Below the pieces are notes generated by a model that was not told the DNA's origin, ran no database searches, and saw nothing but the letters and a program-made list of their open reading frames with translations. A stretch of 64,000 nt of DNA from Raillietiella orientalis (taxonomy: Eukaryota): positions 372,001 through 436,000 of the forward strand of contig JAYWIR010000042.1 in NCBI GenBank assembly GCA_036172245.1. Direction: 5' to 3'. Position numbers and translations under genes: made by a program. Positions 24,201-39,200 of this stretch are shown here, in pieces. Every line of letters begins with the position of its first letter. The stretch's first letter is position 1.

Positions 24201-27200
24201 GGGCTCGAGGAACCAGAGCGAGAAATGATGGGGCCGGCCCGATGAGGAGTTCATTCGAGTGCCCGCCCGCCCGCCGAAAGGGATCCTGCGTGCTTGGAGG
24301 GGAAGAGATGCAAGCAGCGGACGTCTGCCTTGCCAGAATTTCCTTCAGCATGAGGCGTGCGGTTCTGTTTTCGCCTTTCACTGGGCGCCTCGTAGGAAGA
24401 GAAGCGCACCGCCCTGGATCTGGATCTCTTCCAGATGAAGATGATGAAGACGATCGCGTCCTCGCGCCGTAGATCGCCCGCAGTACTGCCTCCCGCTAGC
24501 ATCGGGATGCAGGAGGGCGACATCCTCGGCCCCGCTTCCGGTTCATCCGCGTTGTCTCGTCGGGAGGCAGCAGCACTGCACCGCCGCCTGCTGCGCCAAG
24601 CGTGCATTTGGCAGCCCTACTCCCGGTCTGTCCCTGATCCATAGCGCGCGAGCGTCCGGGAGAACGGGCAACGCACCCAACTGCAGGGGCGGCCAACGCC
24701 GTTCTGAGAGGCTTCGCCCGCGCCCGCGAGTTGATCCGCGTGAGAACTCACGAGAGCAGCAATCCCGGTAGCTCGCGGACGCTCCTCTGCAACGCGTTTC
24801 CCAGCACTATTTTGATAATGGGGGTCTAAGGCTTCATTTCGTGGTGGAAATGCCTTTCGGTCCTCCCTGGCCTTCGATGGTACCATGTCTTCGGTGGGCC
24901 ATCCAAGGTGATGTCCTGTTTGCATGAGCGGGGTGGAGTCCCGAAAAATGACACGGGCAGCTCTTTCGTCGCCATCGGTTAGTATCGTGAAGAGTTGTAG
25001 GGTAACGAAGAGGGGACCTCTGGTCGGAGTGCCACTCTTTGCCCTTTTTCCGAGCGCACCGTGCGAACCGTCGGGTCGTTCGCAGTAAGGATGAAAGAAA
25101 AACCCTCTTTCACCCCCTCGCTTCCGCCTCATCCTGAGGAAAAAGAAGAGGCTGCAACAGCAAATATCCAGCGGAAGCCAGGGAGATTGCGTTCCGCGCA
25201 CCGCGCAGCAGTTCTTGGGTTTCCTCCCTTTTTTTCCGTCCCCCTCCGCGCCTTCCTCGCGCTCCCGGTTCTCCTGAAGGAAGGGAAGGATGCGCCGCTT
25301 GATCGATTTGTAGGCGTGCCGACAGTCCCGGGGAAACTTCTTGGTTTCCTCTTCGTAAGGCTTTTCCGAAGCACGCAATCGGGGAAAGCAGGAACGTGAT
25401 GGGCGAGAGGATAAGACAGGAGCGAGAGGATGGGAGGAGAACCTGGAAAAAGAAAGGAAGTTGTTCAACGGAGCTGAAGTGTCGCCTCTCTCTTGATGGC
25501 TTCCATTGCCGGACCATCGTCCCTATGGAAGTGAAGAGACGACCGGAAGGGGTGGGGAGGGGAGCGGTCCGAGGCTGAGGAGGCTGAGGAAGAGAAGGAC
25601 AAGCACCTCGGGACTTGGGAAGACGGCACGAACGCCCTTGAGAGACTACGGCGTGAGAAGGATCAAGAAGACCCAGCAACAAGTGGGGACTGCGATGCAG
25701 GGACCGAGTGGGGGGAAGCAAACAGTCGGGAGCTCTTGCTATCGAGAAGGTGCGTGGGGCACTGAGCGTTCGGGAAGCTTTCTCACCGATCGGCCGACTC
25801 TGAAGTTGCTGGCTCGCGACTATGACTCGCTCAACTTCCCAGATCTTCGGGAATTTGAGGCCAAGGGTCCTTTCGAAGGATGAAGGAACATCAGGAGGCT
25901 TCGGCAATGTAGGTTTGGGGTGCGTGGTGTGGGCGTGTCTTTTTTAGCCGATCGCCCAGTCGAGATGCCAGTACCATCACGACAGCTCATCGCGGTAAGT
26001 GCGACCAACGAGAGAGCGAGAAGACATGCCGTTTCTCGACGGGGGAAGTCCTTCTCCCGTGGACCGGACGACCGATTGTCCCCTGCCATCAAGGGTGCTG
26101 ACGAAAAGGCGAAGAAACCAACGCGCGTGCCAGGAAAGGGAAAGGCGAGGAGAACACGCGAGCCGGCAGCGGAAGAGATGGCTCTCGAGGGCGAACTGTT
26201 CATCTCGGAGGCTGCGTCTCCTAGGCATCGATCCATGGGGAGACGCTACTGAGAATTTCGCGGGCACCGTCCATACGACCCCTTTGCCGCCGAGCTCGAG
26301 ATTCCGGCTGGCGCGTAGGGGGGCTCTCTCGCGTCTCTCATGGCAGGGAAGATTCCTGCTGCACCAGCACGGCTCTCCCGAACGCTCCATATCCCGTTGG
26401 TGTGTTGAGATGAGCAAAACTGCTTCCCCTCCCTCCAGCCCCGTGCAGCGCGGACATACCGCGCGGTTCGGTCCTTTCCGACCTTTGCCGGCATCCACTG
26501 AGAGTGCCGTGCCCGTCGGCAGCGTTCCGTGGGACGCACACGGGACACCCTGTTCGAAGGGCACGACGGTTTGCAAGGAAGGGAAACCCTAGAATTTGAG
26601 GAGGGTTCCACCCTCATGTGGTCGCTCAGGAAGCGCACGGGAACGGACGACTCTCTCCGGAAGGGACGTTCTGCCTCTTCCGATTTCCTTCCTCTCCCCC
26701 GACTCAGAGCGCTCGTTGGGTTGCTAGGCAAGCGAAGGCTCTCTCTTTGGCACGCGGGCTCTCGTGACCGTCAGGGAAACGAGACGCTTTCCGGAGTCCG
26801 GACGAGCGGCAGAGCAAGCAAGCACCGATTCAGTGGCGCAGATCTCCCATAGCAAACGGACCATCCCAAAGCTGGGGGACCGAAAGCGAGGGCACCCCGT
26901 CCTCCTCCATGACCTGTGGGAGCGACGAACCAGAAGGCTTTCCAGAGGGCCACTTTCCCCGGTCGTTGCACATGGCATCGACACGTTCCGCACCGTAGCG
27001 CTGAACTTTGCTGTGCTTTCTGTGTTTCCTCTGGAGAGGATGCGCGGATACAGAATCATGAGGATCTGACCTCTGGTTCTCCTATGGAGAAGGCCCACGA
27101 TTGGAAGCCTCAACTCGGGAGGAGTCCTTCTGCCCTGCTCTGGTTCTCGATCCGGGATTCCACTTGATCTCGATGCACCACGGTTTTCCCACAGAGGGGC

Positions 27201-30200
27201 ATCTTCCAGGATGCGCTCAGAATGAGAACTCGGGGAAGGGACTCCCTCCTTAGCCAGAAGGATGGATCCTAGGGAAGAGGAGGGATGGTCTACGAAGCAA
27301 GGAGATCTAGATGCAGGTATTTCGGTCACGAGATTAGGGTGAATTCTCGGTACTGTGACAGGGAGAAAGAGCTCTGCTGCACGCTCTGATGGCCGCAAAG
27401 TTAATAATAAAAATAATAATAAATCTCTTCCTCTTCTCACAGATGCTCTTTAATGATCGAGAAAGAAACATCTGTTTTCTCAATCCGATCAGACAAAAAA
27501 CACACACTTGGTGCCAAACCGGTTCTTCGACACACCTGCAACCTTCCCTTCCTTCCTTTTCGAAGGTTGCTTATCGGAAGACTGGTCTGCAAATAGAAAC
27601 AGAATGCTTCGGAAGGCACCCACGGACGACGGCTCGTAGACGCTTCCTTCAAAGCAGGTGAGACTGTCGAGTATATGGACCGATTCTTCCTCCCTCCTAT
27701 TCTCGAAGATTTCCTCCCTACATGCTCTGATCTCGAAGATCTCAGGACTATCCCCCAAGGTCGACACGTCGGGGGAAATTAGAGGGTTGGAAGGTTTGTG
27801 CTTTCAAGGTTTAGCACTGCGGCATCGGTTCCATGCTGAATGGCGGCAGCTGCATTTGGGCGCTTCCATCGGAAGGCGCACCCAGGTTTCGAGGCAGTCG
27901 ATCGGATGCGAGTGGCGCAACGTAAATCTTGAAGGCGGAGATGCAAGGAGCTTTTCTTGGCAAGGAATGGATGAAAGGAGACCTCTTATTGAGACAACCG
28001 GTTTGTGAAAGATGGAGATTTGCGCTAATCAGTGCCAATTCTTTTGATTGGCTCGTTCCTTCGAGTTACCGACGCAGCTTAGAAACCGGCGGACATCCGA
28101 CTGAATGCTGCTCAGTTTTTTTCACTCTATTCTGAAAGATTAGCGGGATAGACAGCTCCACTCCTTTGCAGTTGCTAAGCTCTTCAATTTCCCGTAGCAC
28201 TTTCCCAGAATTCATCACTGCAGCTGCACAAAATTTTCCTTTGTGAAGCTACTTTAGTGCTTATTTATTTTTCACCTTGTTAAGGAATCCAGGAGCCAGC
28301 GGAAAGGTCTTTCAGGGACATCAACTATCCCCCGCGTGTGTCCTCTTCTTTCTGCTTCTCGCCCCCACAGTGAGCATTCGCTATTTCGAAATCTCATTCC
28401 TTTTAGCATATCTTATTCACCGTTATCCTTTTACCTAGCTGGGCACTACATGTGTCACCTTCGCCTTCCACAAGCACGCGGCGAGAATGGATTGAGGCTG
28501 TGATTGCAATCTCGGCGGCCCTTCACTGCCTCACACCGTGTACATCCGCTTCCCCTGAGTTCTGGTGACTCAACGCTCCCCTAGTGAGGCACAATCTGCG
28601 GCGCCTGCCCCTCTGAGTGTGCCGAGGACGAAAAATCTGCTTTCGGAGTCGCATGAGCACGAGATGCTGCTGCTCTCATTTACGTGCGGCTCTCTAAAGG
28701 AGAAGCTGCGAATCAGAGATGAATGCGTTCCTTGTGTCCGTACGGCTTCCAGCGGGAAACACCTAAGCTCAGAATATTCGATCTCTGTCAGCGCGCCGCC
28801 TCAAGATCGTTTGACCTCTGAGAGCTGCTACTAGCGGAATTTCCTTCTCCTAAGCTCGAGTTTGATAATCGATCCATCATTGCATGGACGTTCTCATCAA
28901 CCGTATCTTCTCTTGCATGTCTACCAAGGAGTGGAAGATGGATGACACTTTCCTTAAAACCATAAATTTCCTCATGGCTCCGTGAGAGATTTCCGTCACC
29001 ACGTTTTTCTCTTGCTCTCCCTCGCCTTCTCTTCCGAGAGGAGGACCATCGGATCCCCAGCTGGAAAGATGAAAGCTGGATCCGTGTTCAGCATGACGAG
29101 TCGGGCTGGAAAGCGCAGTTGCACGGTCTCGTCGACGGGATGTTCCTGGAGCTGCGCCCTAGCTACCGGGACACAGAATGCGATCGGGAGTCGGGTGCCC
29201 GCGACTTCTGGATCCGCAGCTCGCTTTCTCGCTTACGCGCTCCGCCTCGGGAACGGCCGCGGCGTCGCGCTAGAGATGCTCTTCCCTCTGCTGCTGCTCG
29301 CTTGCGTTCGCTGCTCGCGCTGCTCCCGTGGACGGCCGACGATAGAGGAAGAAAATCCCATCTTTCACGCTTGGCTAATTGCGCGGCATCTTTCCGTCCA
29401 CGAGGTACGCGAGATGGTCATTTCTTGAGACTGCGTGCCAGGCTGATCTGCTGATCGGGGAAGCTGTGGCTTTCTCCCGCGTTCCAGGGGAATAAAACGC
29501 CGTCTCCTGCGCTTCTGCGGCAGCGCCAGCGGCGAGCGTGACCGTCGCATCCCTTCTGCGTAAGGCGAAGACCCTCTCCCTTCCTAGGTGGGTTCGGTCC
29601 ATTCTCTTCTGATGCACGTCTTGCATGAGTCCAGGAGATGGAATGGACACGATCGCCTCGATCATCGCCGGCATCACGAATGGGTCTTCTTGTTCTTGAC
29701 CGTCGTTAAATGCGTCGCCATGGCAGCGGAGCCCACGGTGTCATCCCAACGCTGTGGTGGCGGCGGCAACCAATGCCACTTTTTTGTTTTCGTTTCTTCG
29801 CCACGGGAGACGGTGACGTGTGCGCGCGCGTGTGTTTTTCCTCCCCGTTACAGAGATGAAAGAGAAGATGAAAAGCATCGGACCCCACCTGAGGTGGAGG
29901 CGGAGAAGGAAAATGGCAGATAGCCGAAAACCTCTCGCGCGAATGAGGTTGCGAGACGCTCCTCAGAGATTCGACTTCACCCCAAAATGTCCGAACAAGA
30001 TCCGCAAGTACCCTGGCAGCGACTCTCGCTGCAGAGAGAAGTGGACCACTAGATGCTCGTGGGAGCACGACGATGACTGATGCAGGGGTGTTCCCCCCTC
30101 CCCTTCCTCTGGTTGACAGGAAAGACTCGTTCCCCGTGAAGATGCCTCCCCCGCTTTCAACCCGTCTCTTCCCCAAACTTCTTGCCTATCCCTTCCCTCT

Positions 30201-33200
30201 ACGGACGCCTCGTCAGCCGTGCGTGCGAACCGAGGAGAAGATCGGACCGACGGGTTCTTCTCGATGCGGGAAACCATTTTTCGCTTCAGAGACTCCCAAA
30301 TTCTCAGCCTGCAGCTAGAGGGGGGCAGCCCCATTCTTGTCCTCCCCGCCGGGGAATCGGCCGATTAGGGTCTGCTGCCACGGGACTGCAATGGAGTTGA
30401 CCTGCAGCCTGGCGGACTCGAGGCGCCTGTCGGCTGGCGGTCCCTTCCGGAGGCGCAGAAGAAAACTCGAGTCGTTACCAGGAGGAGGAGGGTCAACAAA
30501 ACAGAGAGCGCCTCGTGCCCTGGGGCCGCGGTGAGCAGGGCATCCCTCGGGTGAGGGAATGTCTGCGGTCTTTCGGTCAGCCACGATCGTTCGAGGGTTT
30601 GAGAGAGCCAAGGAAGCCCGACTCCGATTGGTCGAGGCACTCTAGCAGAACCCGTCCTCTCCAGAAAAAGGCATTTCGCTTCCGGGTCTCATCCCGCGCG
30701 GCAGCTTCTTCCTACGCTGGTTGCAAGTCCTCAGAATCCCTAGGATTCGATGGGTCCTTCTAGGGCCTTTTTTCAACCCCTCCTCTTTCCCAGGCTTTCT
30801 GAACGCTGCAGGGCTCAGCCAGGTCTCAGACGGGGTCCACAGCGGGCGTTTTCTTTCTTTCTTTTTTTTATTTAAGGACACGGGGCGCGTCCGCGGTCGG
30901 GACTCAGCCTCTCCTTCCCTTCCTTTTTGTCCTTTGCTCCTCCCCTTCCCTCCTTCCCTGCTGCCCTTCCTGGAATCCTCCGGAGGGAACAGTCGTTTTC
31001 CGGTGCCCTTCCTAAGGAAGGAGGAGGGGAGAGGGGAAGGCAGCGAGTGCAATGGAGGCGGAGGATTGGGCTGCCGCGGTCCCTTGGCGCGGGAAGAATC
31101 CACAGTGGCCAGTAACCCGTCTTGGAAGCTCCCTCTTGAGGCCGTCTACAAGTCCTGCGCCTTGCGCTTCGGATACCAACGGCACTGAGGACCGTACTGC
31201 GGTATAAAGCGCCTCCGTCGATAATCGTTGCTCTGGGAAGGAAAGAAAAGGGCGGTGAGAATGCCTTCATCTTCTCCATGGAGACGCAGAGCGAGGAGAT
31301 AGCGCAGCCTTCCTGTATCCAGCGCGTTGAGCGTTGCGCTGTCACGCGCCGGGTACGCCGTGTGCGTGGGTGATGGCTTTTGCTTTCCACTACCACCCCG
31401 AGGGTCTTTTTATCTATTTATTCATTTATTTAATTTTTTTTTTACAGCGGTGTCTGTCCTGCGGGAGACTTCCGGGATCGCACCGCTGTACCATTATCCT
31501 GCGCTTGGAGCGGCGCGCCCACAGGCAGTGTCCGCTTCCCTGTCCGTCTCGAAGCTGCTTCGAGGTGTACGAACCATTGCGATTTTCCCGGTCCATTTTG
31601 ATGTTTCTGTTCCGACCCGTCTGGCGCCGCCGGCGGCCTCCCGAATGGAAGGGGAAGCCAAAGGGGGTGCCCCAGAAGGAAACGCCCCCCTCCCAGTCTC
31701 GAGAAGAGCAATTCTGGGAATCTCCTGGTGTGCATAAAACGCCGTTCTCTCTTGGATGCTTCCATTCGATTTACCGGCTGGCGACCTTTTTTTTTTTTTT
31801 TGGCCGTGAGATGTCCTTGGACAGAACCGAATAAACCGTCGCCACAGACGTCGACCTGCTTTTCCCCGGATTCACTGCGCAGAGAACGGAAAGGAAAAGC
31901 GGCACGGTTTAGTCAGGGAAGCCCTTCAATCAGTCGGCAACTCTGGTGGTAGCTCAAGCCTTTCGATATTGTCGAAAAGGCACGAGGCGAATGGGGCCGA
32001 GACCGAGACATCCGACACGATGCCTTGAAAGATGTCACTGTGGACAGCACTGAAACCACAGGGACATAACAAAGGGAACACCGAAGTCACGAGTAGGCAA
32101 GCGAAGGACTGAGCTCAGTTTCACGTTGGCAAGGGAACGAGGCGAACTCGTGGTTTGCAAGTGGTCCCGGTGCTGGAAAAGATGCCTGTTTCGAGAAATT
32201 TCCGAGATGAAGTTTTTCTGTCGCTTTCGCGGGGAAGCATCCGACCTCGCATTGCCCATCACTGTGTCAACGTTGGGGAAATATGCTCATGACAAAGGTG
32301 GACCCGAACTACTGAGATGGATATAAATTTTTACCAGTCAAACAAACGACCAAGATATCGACAAGCAAAAGCCTTATTTCCGAGTTGTCTCCACGTGGGA
32401 AATAACATTTGGAGGATCTGCTCTTTTACAGTAAAAGGTATAGACTTGCAAATCCTCTACCAGAAAATAAAAAATTCTTAGTCGAGCAGAGCGCACCTTA
32501 AAATAGTACACGATTACATGTTCGGAATAAGAATCTGTATTACAACGGATCAGTAGTGAATTCAGAATGTAAAACCATAGTCAGTAAGATATTGAATTAT
32601 ATTTTGTTCCAGAAACTAGGAATGCGTGATTTAGTTTCTGGATTTCTTAGTTTCTGGATTCTCGTGGCACAATGAAAACAAATGTATGCATCTCAGTTTA
32701 CAAAGAAGCACTCAAAGGATGAGTTATATCGAAAGGCAATCATCACTTAATTCATTGGTTAAAAGCTTATCTTCTGATTTCGGAGGCAGCAGATACAAAG
32801 CAAAGTATGTTGGTATCACTGGTAATTAGCAACGATCCGCAAGCGTCGGTAGCAACGAGTCCCGTCTCTTGCTGCATGAATGAGGTCGCTTCCTAATAGA
32901 TGGGTCTGCAATCGAGTGCTGCTGTGAGCGTGGGTAGTAGAATCCTCACAATCTATCATTCCGTTTTGCATGTGGTATTAAAACGACAATTTTTTCTGCT
33001 TTGTAACAGAAAAACACGCAACAGCTATTGCGTCAAAACCAAGTTATTACAAAGCTGACGTGATATCTTGCAAACTCATCGTTCACTTTCTGTGAAGCAT
33101 TTAAGACTCTGAAGCACGGGGTTTGCCCCACAGTCTTGCAACGGACCCTTGCTGCTGCCATGAATAGAGAGCAATACGTAGACATACTTTTTCAAATTTC

Positions 33201-36200
33201 CCAAGTTTCCATCTCCAGCTGCAGACTTTGCACGGAGAAGCAACTCTTAAGAGATCACTTTGGAATGCTTTAAAAAAAAAAAACAAAAAAAAAAAGCAAA
33301 TTAAACTGGAAAACCAGAACAAACTCTGGACTACTTGCTGCGAGAATTCGCGAGCAGAGGGTTTGGTTCACACACTTCCATGGATGTTCTGCAACGACGA
33401 ATGCTGTGGTTAGTAAGCCACTGAGTAGTTGGATCGAGCGCGATTTGCTGACCTCTGTTCCGATCCTATTGCAAGCACGGAGACAACGAAACAGCGCTGC
33501 TGCAGCGAGCAGGTGGACGCTGCCCTGCAGGCTGCGCAGGGAGCGTGCCAACCGGTCGTGGCTGCCACGGTTGCCACCCGAGCCTGACCGCGCCTCCTCG
33601 ACTGCGACGAGATAGCGCCCACGGGAGAACGGGAAGGATTCGGGAAGCTGGGCGGAGTGGGAACCCCTGGCCTCAGGGACAGAGGGAGCACAGGAACCGA
33701 TCTGGATGAAGAGGAGAATTTCGCCTTTTGCGGGAAAAGCCTCGGGGATTACAGGCGACGACGAATCTCCAAACTGAGGCTGCAATCAGCGAGAGCACAT
33801 TCGGGGAGCTCAGAGAATGGTTTTACTGTTCTTGATTGCAGCTAATTACATCTTCAGCTCTCGATGGTCTCGTTGAGGATCCACAACGTGGGAGTGCGGT
33901 ACGAAGACGAGGCCTTCGCGCAAAAAAGAGAAAGAGACAGCTTCTGTTGGAAATAAAAGTGATGGAAGAAGCGTTGCCCTGCAGCTCATCCCTTTCTAGA
34001 GGGGAGGAGGGGAGAAACTCCCACTTATGCGTATAGGAAAGCTTTTGGCAGGATTTCAAACGAATCGTGCATCATTGCCGAGATAAGCCGATGCGGAACT
34101 GATCCACCGCACTCCTCCCTCTTGGTGCACGTCGACATCTTGGCCGGGAATTCTTCGGTTCTTCAACTTTCTGCATTGAAAACCAAAACAACCGGATTTG
34201 AAAGCGGAGCAGCTGAGTGTTGAATTCGTTCCTAGCTGTCTATTTCACAAGTAAACAAACCAAAGGTGTCATTCTCCCAACGAGATAGGATTCTTGCTCG
34301 GATTGGAAGCGTTTCCATTAGCCATTAAGTTGAAACTCAGGAAAGATTCCTCAGAGGATCGAAAGACTGCCTGGGCCATTAATTCCACGTCCGGCTCCAC
34401 CGGACTTCGTTCTGCAGCACGTACGCTGCAACTTTCAGTTCATCTGCTGGTCATGGGGCGTCCTGTCATTACGCGAACCACTGGCGAGATGATGGCCGGC
34501 CAGCGTTCTGCCTGCATACTTTTTCTTTTTCCTTTTTTACTGCCTCCGATCTGCCCCGAAACTGCTTGCTGAACATCACTTCGCCAGAGGGGCAGCACTC
34601 GCTCGGCAGCATCCCCTCTCTGCAGACGGCCTTCATGGTTTACTGCAAACGATGAGACCGCGCTCCCACATAGTGAGCGGACCCAAATCCTCCTGCTCCG
34701 TCTTCCGGATGCATATCGTATCCTCTTACGCGTCCGCAACGTATGCATAAGATGGACGCGAGTTTGTCGGCACGATTTGGCACGCACTCGTACTAATGTA
34801 GGGTTCATGCTCTTTCCCTCTCCTGAGATAAATGATTTCGTTCGAATGCAGTGGCCGGGAGCTCCAGAAGCCTGAAAGCATTAGCCGCAGCATTCGGTGT
34901 TCTTGCGGACGCTGGAAGCAGGATGGAAGCAAGCGAGCATTGCTTCCGCTCTTCAGGTGTGTCAAATCCATCTTTCTACCTTTGACGAGCGTGTGGGGCT
35001 GCAGAGTCCATCTGCCGACCAGCAAAGATGAACTGCGTTCAGTGAAACAAACATTCATCTGATCCACCAAGAGTGGCTACAGGATGTGATAGGAAAGAGC
35101 AATTCACCAGTATCCCTCTGTGGACAACGTGGATACGAACACACATTATGCTGTGCGAAAAAAGTCCGAAATTCATTTCTTGTGAGTGCGTTTTTCAAGC
35201 TTTTTCTTTCGGAGCTGGCAGACTCATCTCCGAGCAGATGAGCACTCATTCTATGGATTCAGGAATGAGTCTTTAGAACCTTTCACCATCTGGAACACCG
35301 AGAAACTCAACGAGGCTCGCCGAGAGTCTAGAAGACTGTGAAAATTTTCCAGGTGGTCACAAAAATTCTAGGTACTTTAGGAGGATCGCAAAGTCATAGT
35401 GAGCAACGTAAATTGAACGGAGGAGAGACCTTTGCAAAAAAAGAGGAAAACACGGTGAGCGAAACCTGTCAGCAAAGACGCTTTTATAAATGGTGGTGTT
35501 GACCAGCTAATATCACCTTTTATGGAACGATCAGCCGCTCCCAGTGATAAAACCATAAGCCGAACGAAGTTGCGTCCGGCATTTACTGCGCCTAAAACCC
35601 CGGGACTTCACAGATCAGGGGAAAACGCTTCGGTCCCCACGGAGACAGCGTTTCGAATTTGACATTTTTTCGAAAAGAACCGTTTTCTTCCCTTCTATGC
35701 TTTTGCTTCCACCGAGCTGCTGTACATCAAAATACGGATGCCAAAGGACGAACGGTCACCTGCGGCCCCACTGAAATGCAAACGCTGGGCGGTCCGAATA
35801 GACGAAGTCCAACTTCCCAAGTTGGAACCGCGTTTTGGTGGGCGGAGAAAGCTGTGTGGAGCATCAAGAAGAGTGCTCCGACTCATGGAAAACTGAGCTT
35901 CAAGAGGGCGCGTGCAGTTCGGACACATAAAGACTTATTTTCGCAACATATCTCTCCTAATCAAGTTATTTAAACAGTCAATTCAAAGAACATTCTTCTC
36001 TGAATGACAGGGTTTGACAAACAGCCTCGAATGATTCAGAGCTGAATTGGAATGATGAAAAGGTCCACTGAAATTTTTCAGCATCCCTTAATCGAAACGT
36101 CTGCTTTGTCATTGCCTCCTGAAGATTATAGCATTCGAAATCTCCGTATTCCAATTTCAAGCTCTTTCATCCGTGAAACCTTCACGTTTTCCAGACACTT

Positions 36201-39200
36201 TTCTGCTAGATTATATTTACGATGTTTCACTGGATGAAGGTGATCTGGAGGATTAATCTGGATAATCTTGAAGTATTTGAACTCGGTGATGAATTTGATA
36301 ACCAGGAAACCAAGAAATCGCAAGCACTGAAGTAGCTGAAATCTTGGCGTTTCACTCCCATGTCTTGTACCACAGTGGGAACTTGGATGTGTTTTCCATT
36401 TAGGCGATGTGAACGTGTCGCCCGAGTGCCTCTACACTCGAGTGTTCTTTTCTTCTTCTGCCGACACAACGTTTCGAGCCCACCCTCAAATCCGTGATCT
36501 TGATCAATCTTTTGGATTGAGTCAAAGCCACGACTCTGATCCGAAAAGAGTCAGCGCTCTTGGCGGTACCTTTCATCAGAGAGATCCTTGAGGAGGTGCA
36601 GCGCTAGGCATCTTCGAAACACATTCTTCAGCTGACGGAACGCCTTTGCAGAGTGCACGTCTGTGCTAATATTGACAAACGCTTCTTCTGTCAACTCCCC
36701 TTTGGGGAACCTCCACAAATGTGGGCGCAATCCTATTCAGCACGGTTTCGTTTCAAGGGGAGGACTGCTCGAATCGAAAATTGAAAATCTTGCTGCAACA
36801 GCCTGGCAATTAGGAGGAGCACCGATCACCATCTCTTTACCTGCACTCCAATTCGGGCTCAAAAAGAAGTGTTAACCATGATCGAAAACAACCCCACGGA
36901 AGAAGGCGAAGCAACACATCCGATTAGGAGATTCGGAGAACGCAAAAATAAAAGTTGTACTGAACTCGGAGATTATCTCCAAGCTGTCTCTGAGATCAAA
37001 ACGCCTGTCTCGTGCAAACAGAAAGAGACAGGAGTTAAGGAGAATTTCATCGTTAAAGAATGGACAAAGCATCCCGGTGTAAACTCCTTGGGAAGATTAC
37101 AAGATATGCCCTGGTCTGGTCAGTAAGAACCTTGAGACCGCGGGCCATTACTGTGCATCCCAGAAGAAACTTGAATTTTTCGAAGGGAACAAAAGCAACC
37201 CAGCTGCCGCATCTCCGAGGTTCAAACGCCGAGTGCAATCGCCGAAGTGAACAAAACGCTTAAGGGAAGCGCGGATCGCTGCAAATTTCATTTCGGATGA
37301 GTATCCTTAAAAACCGTACGAGGAATCGTCCACTGAGCATTCCAAGCCCCATTTTTCGAGGACGGAGTTTCCATTGCGAAGGGAAAAGAGAAGACGGATC
37401 GGGACGGAATGTCCACGCAGGCAGAAGAGGGTGCGTGCACCGGTCAGTCGGTGGACTACCACTCCAGTTGTTCAGAGAGCTGAATAGACATACGGCGATA
37501 GCGATAATCTGCAAGTTCCAAGGTTTCTTATGGTTGATAGTTTTCTGCCAGATGGCATCAGTTAAAGATGGAGACGGGTCACTAGAAGGGTCCCTGAGAA
37601 TGCACCGTGTGCGTTTCTCATGAGGCCGGAGCTCAGAAGAAAAAAAAAATGGGTGGAGCGCAAAAGGGCTGTGAGGGTGTGCGGTGGTGTGAAGTCCGAG
37701 CCGCTGGAAATGTGAGGCACATTGATTGTCCGGCTTCTGGTGGGAGAAGGCAGTACGCCGGCAAGGTGAAACCTCCGCTCGGAATGGCCCCAACCCATTA
37801 AATCCCACAGAACGCCATTTCATCACATGTTTTTCTGCGTGTTCCGTCGTGATTTCGAGCGCGTCCTCCACTCGCGTCAGTTCCGCCAGAGTGAAGCGAT
37901 TCTCACTGCACAAGCAAAGCACCGAGGGCGCCATGCAAGGTGACCCCGAACGGGCCCTTCAGATGATCCCGCGAGAGCCAGATAATGCAGCGGTGCAGAT
38001 GATACGATACAAGACGGATCGAAAACAAACACGAAGAGATAAGACGAATTCGGGCCGCTTCCACGAGTCCCTCTTTTCCGTTCGCAAGGGCATGCGAGGG
38101 CCCGGGTCTGCTGAATAAGAAATCACCTGGGACAGCGAAAATTCTTCGTCGCTTGCCAGCCGACACGCGCGCGCAAACATCGCCGAAATCTGCAACCCCA
38201 CCCGAGAGTTTCCCTTCATTAATTATACATCTGAATTGCAACTCAGGAAGAAAATGACGAGCAGTAAGGAATAATGCTCGTTCCACGTCACCTCAGTACA
38301 GCGCTGTCATCATCCTTCATAATCCTTGTTACAACCGGCCCAGAGAATCCAAGACATGTCCGCCGCGTACACATCCGCCTAAATACCATGCCACAAAATC
38401 ATCAAAGCATGACTTGCAAATGACAATTAAAAAGGAAAGATCCGTGCCCGCATTGGTCATTTTTCAACCTCACGAATTCCAACCCCTCTATGGAAACCAT
38501 CAGACTCAATCTTCTACTATCCTGATAATTACATAGCGCAATTTGAAATTACAGAATAACTGTGGCATACTCCAACATTTATCTGCAAGTGCTTCCTCGA
38601 TTAGCATCTGCAACATTAGAGACGTTTCCGTCGCATAATGAAGAGATACAAATGTTCATGTCTTCCTTCAAGGATCTCCAGCCAATAAATATCACGGACC
38701 GCTAACGAATCCTTTCTTTATTCTCCTCCACATGTCGAATGAGGATTTCCTGAACGAACGAGGGATAAGACGTAACCTTTGCTGGTTGTACGCACACAGG
38801 AGAACGCATCCGTTGGGAGACTCCATGTCACACAAATCAAAACACACGCATATTTCTCATATCTGATCTCACGCCACTCCTCCGCGGAGTGGAACACTCT
38901 CTCGCCACTCTCAAGGCAGCTCAGGAAGCTGTGGGCTCTGCGATCATTCAGAGCTTCCTCACACACTCACAATCACGCTCCTTGGGCGCGGCACCCCAAC
39001 AGGGTGACTGACCACTCACTTGACGAGGCACATCACGAACACTGTCTGCACCACTTACATTAGCCGATCGTCGCAAAAGCAAAAAATCGAACGTTTCCTC
39101 AGATGGCGGACGCATCCACGCCTCTCCTTGGAACCACACAACTCAGGTGGCAGGTTGTGTGGTCGGCCGCTTCGAGCTGACCGAACTTTCGCTGAGAAAT

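Noticed and set aside
24617..27440. Several overlapping 200-280 aa ORFs
   Set aside because: They overlap on both strands, have GC-driven composition and show no domain signature, so they were not called as CDS.
33101..33322. FEKVCLRIALY segment, suggesting a duplicated bestrophin exon 3
   Set aside because: No IPxxFxLGFYV follows, so this is a chance resemblance. I found no mutually exclusive bestrophin exons.
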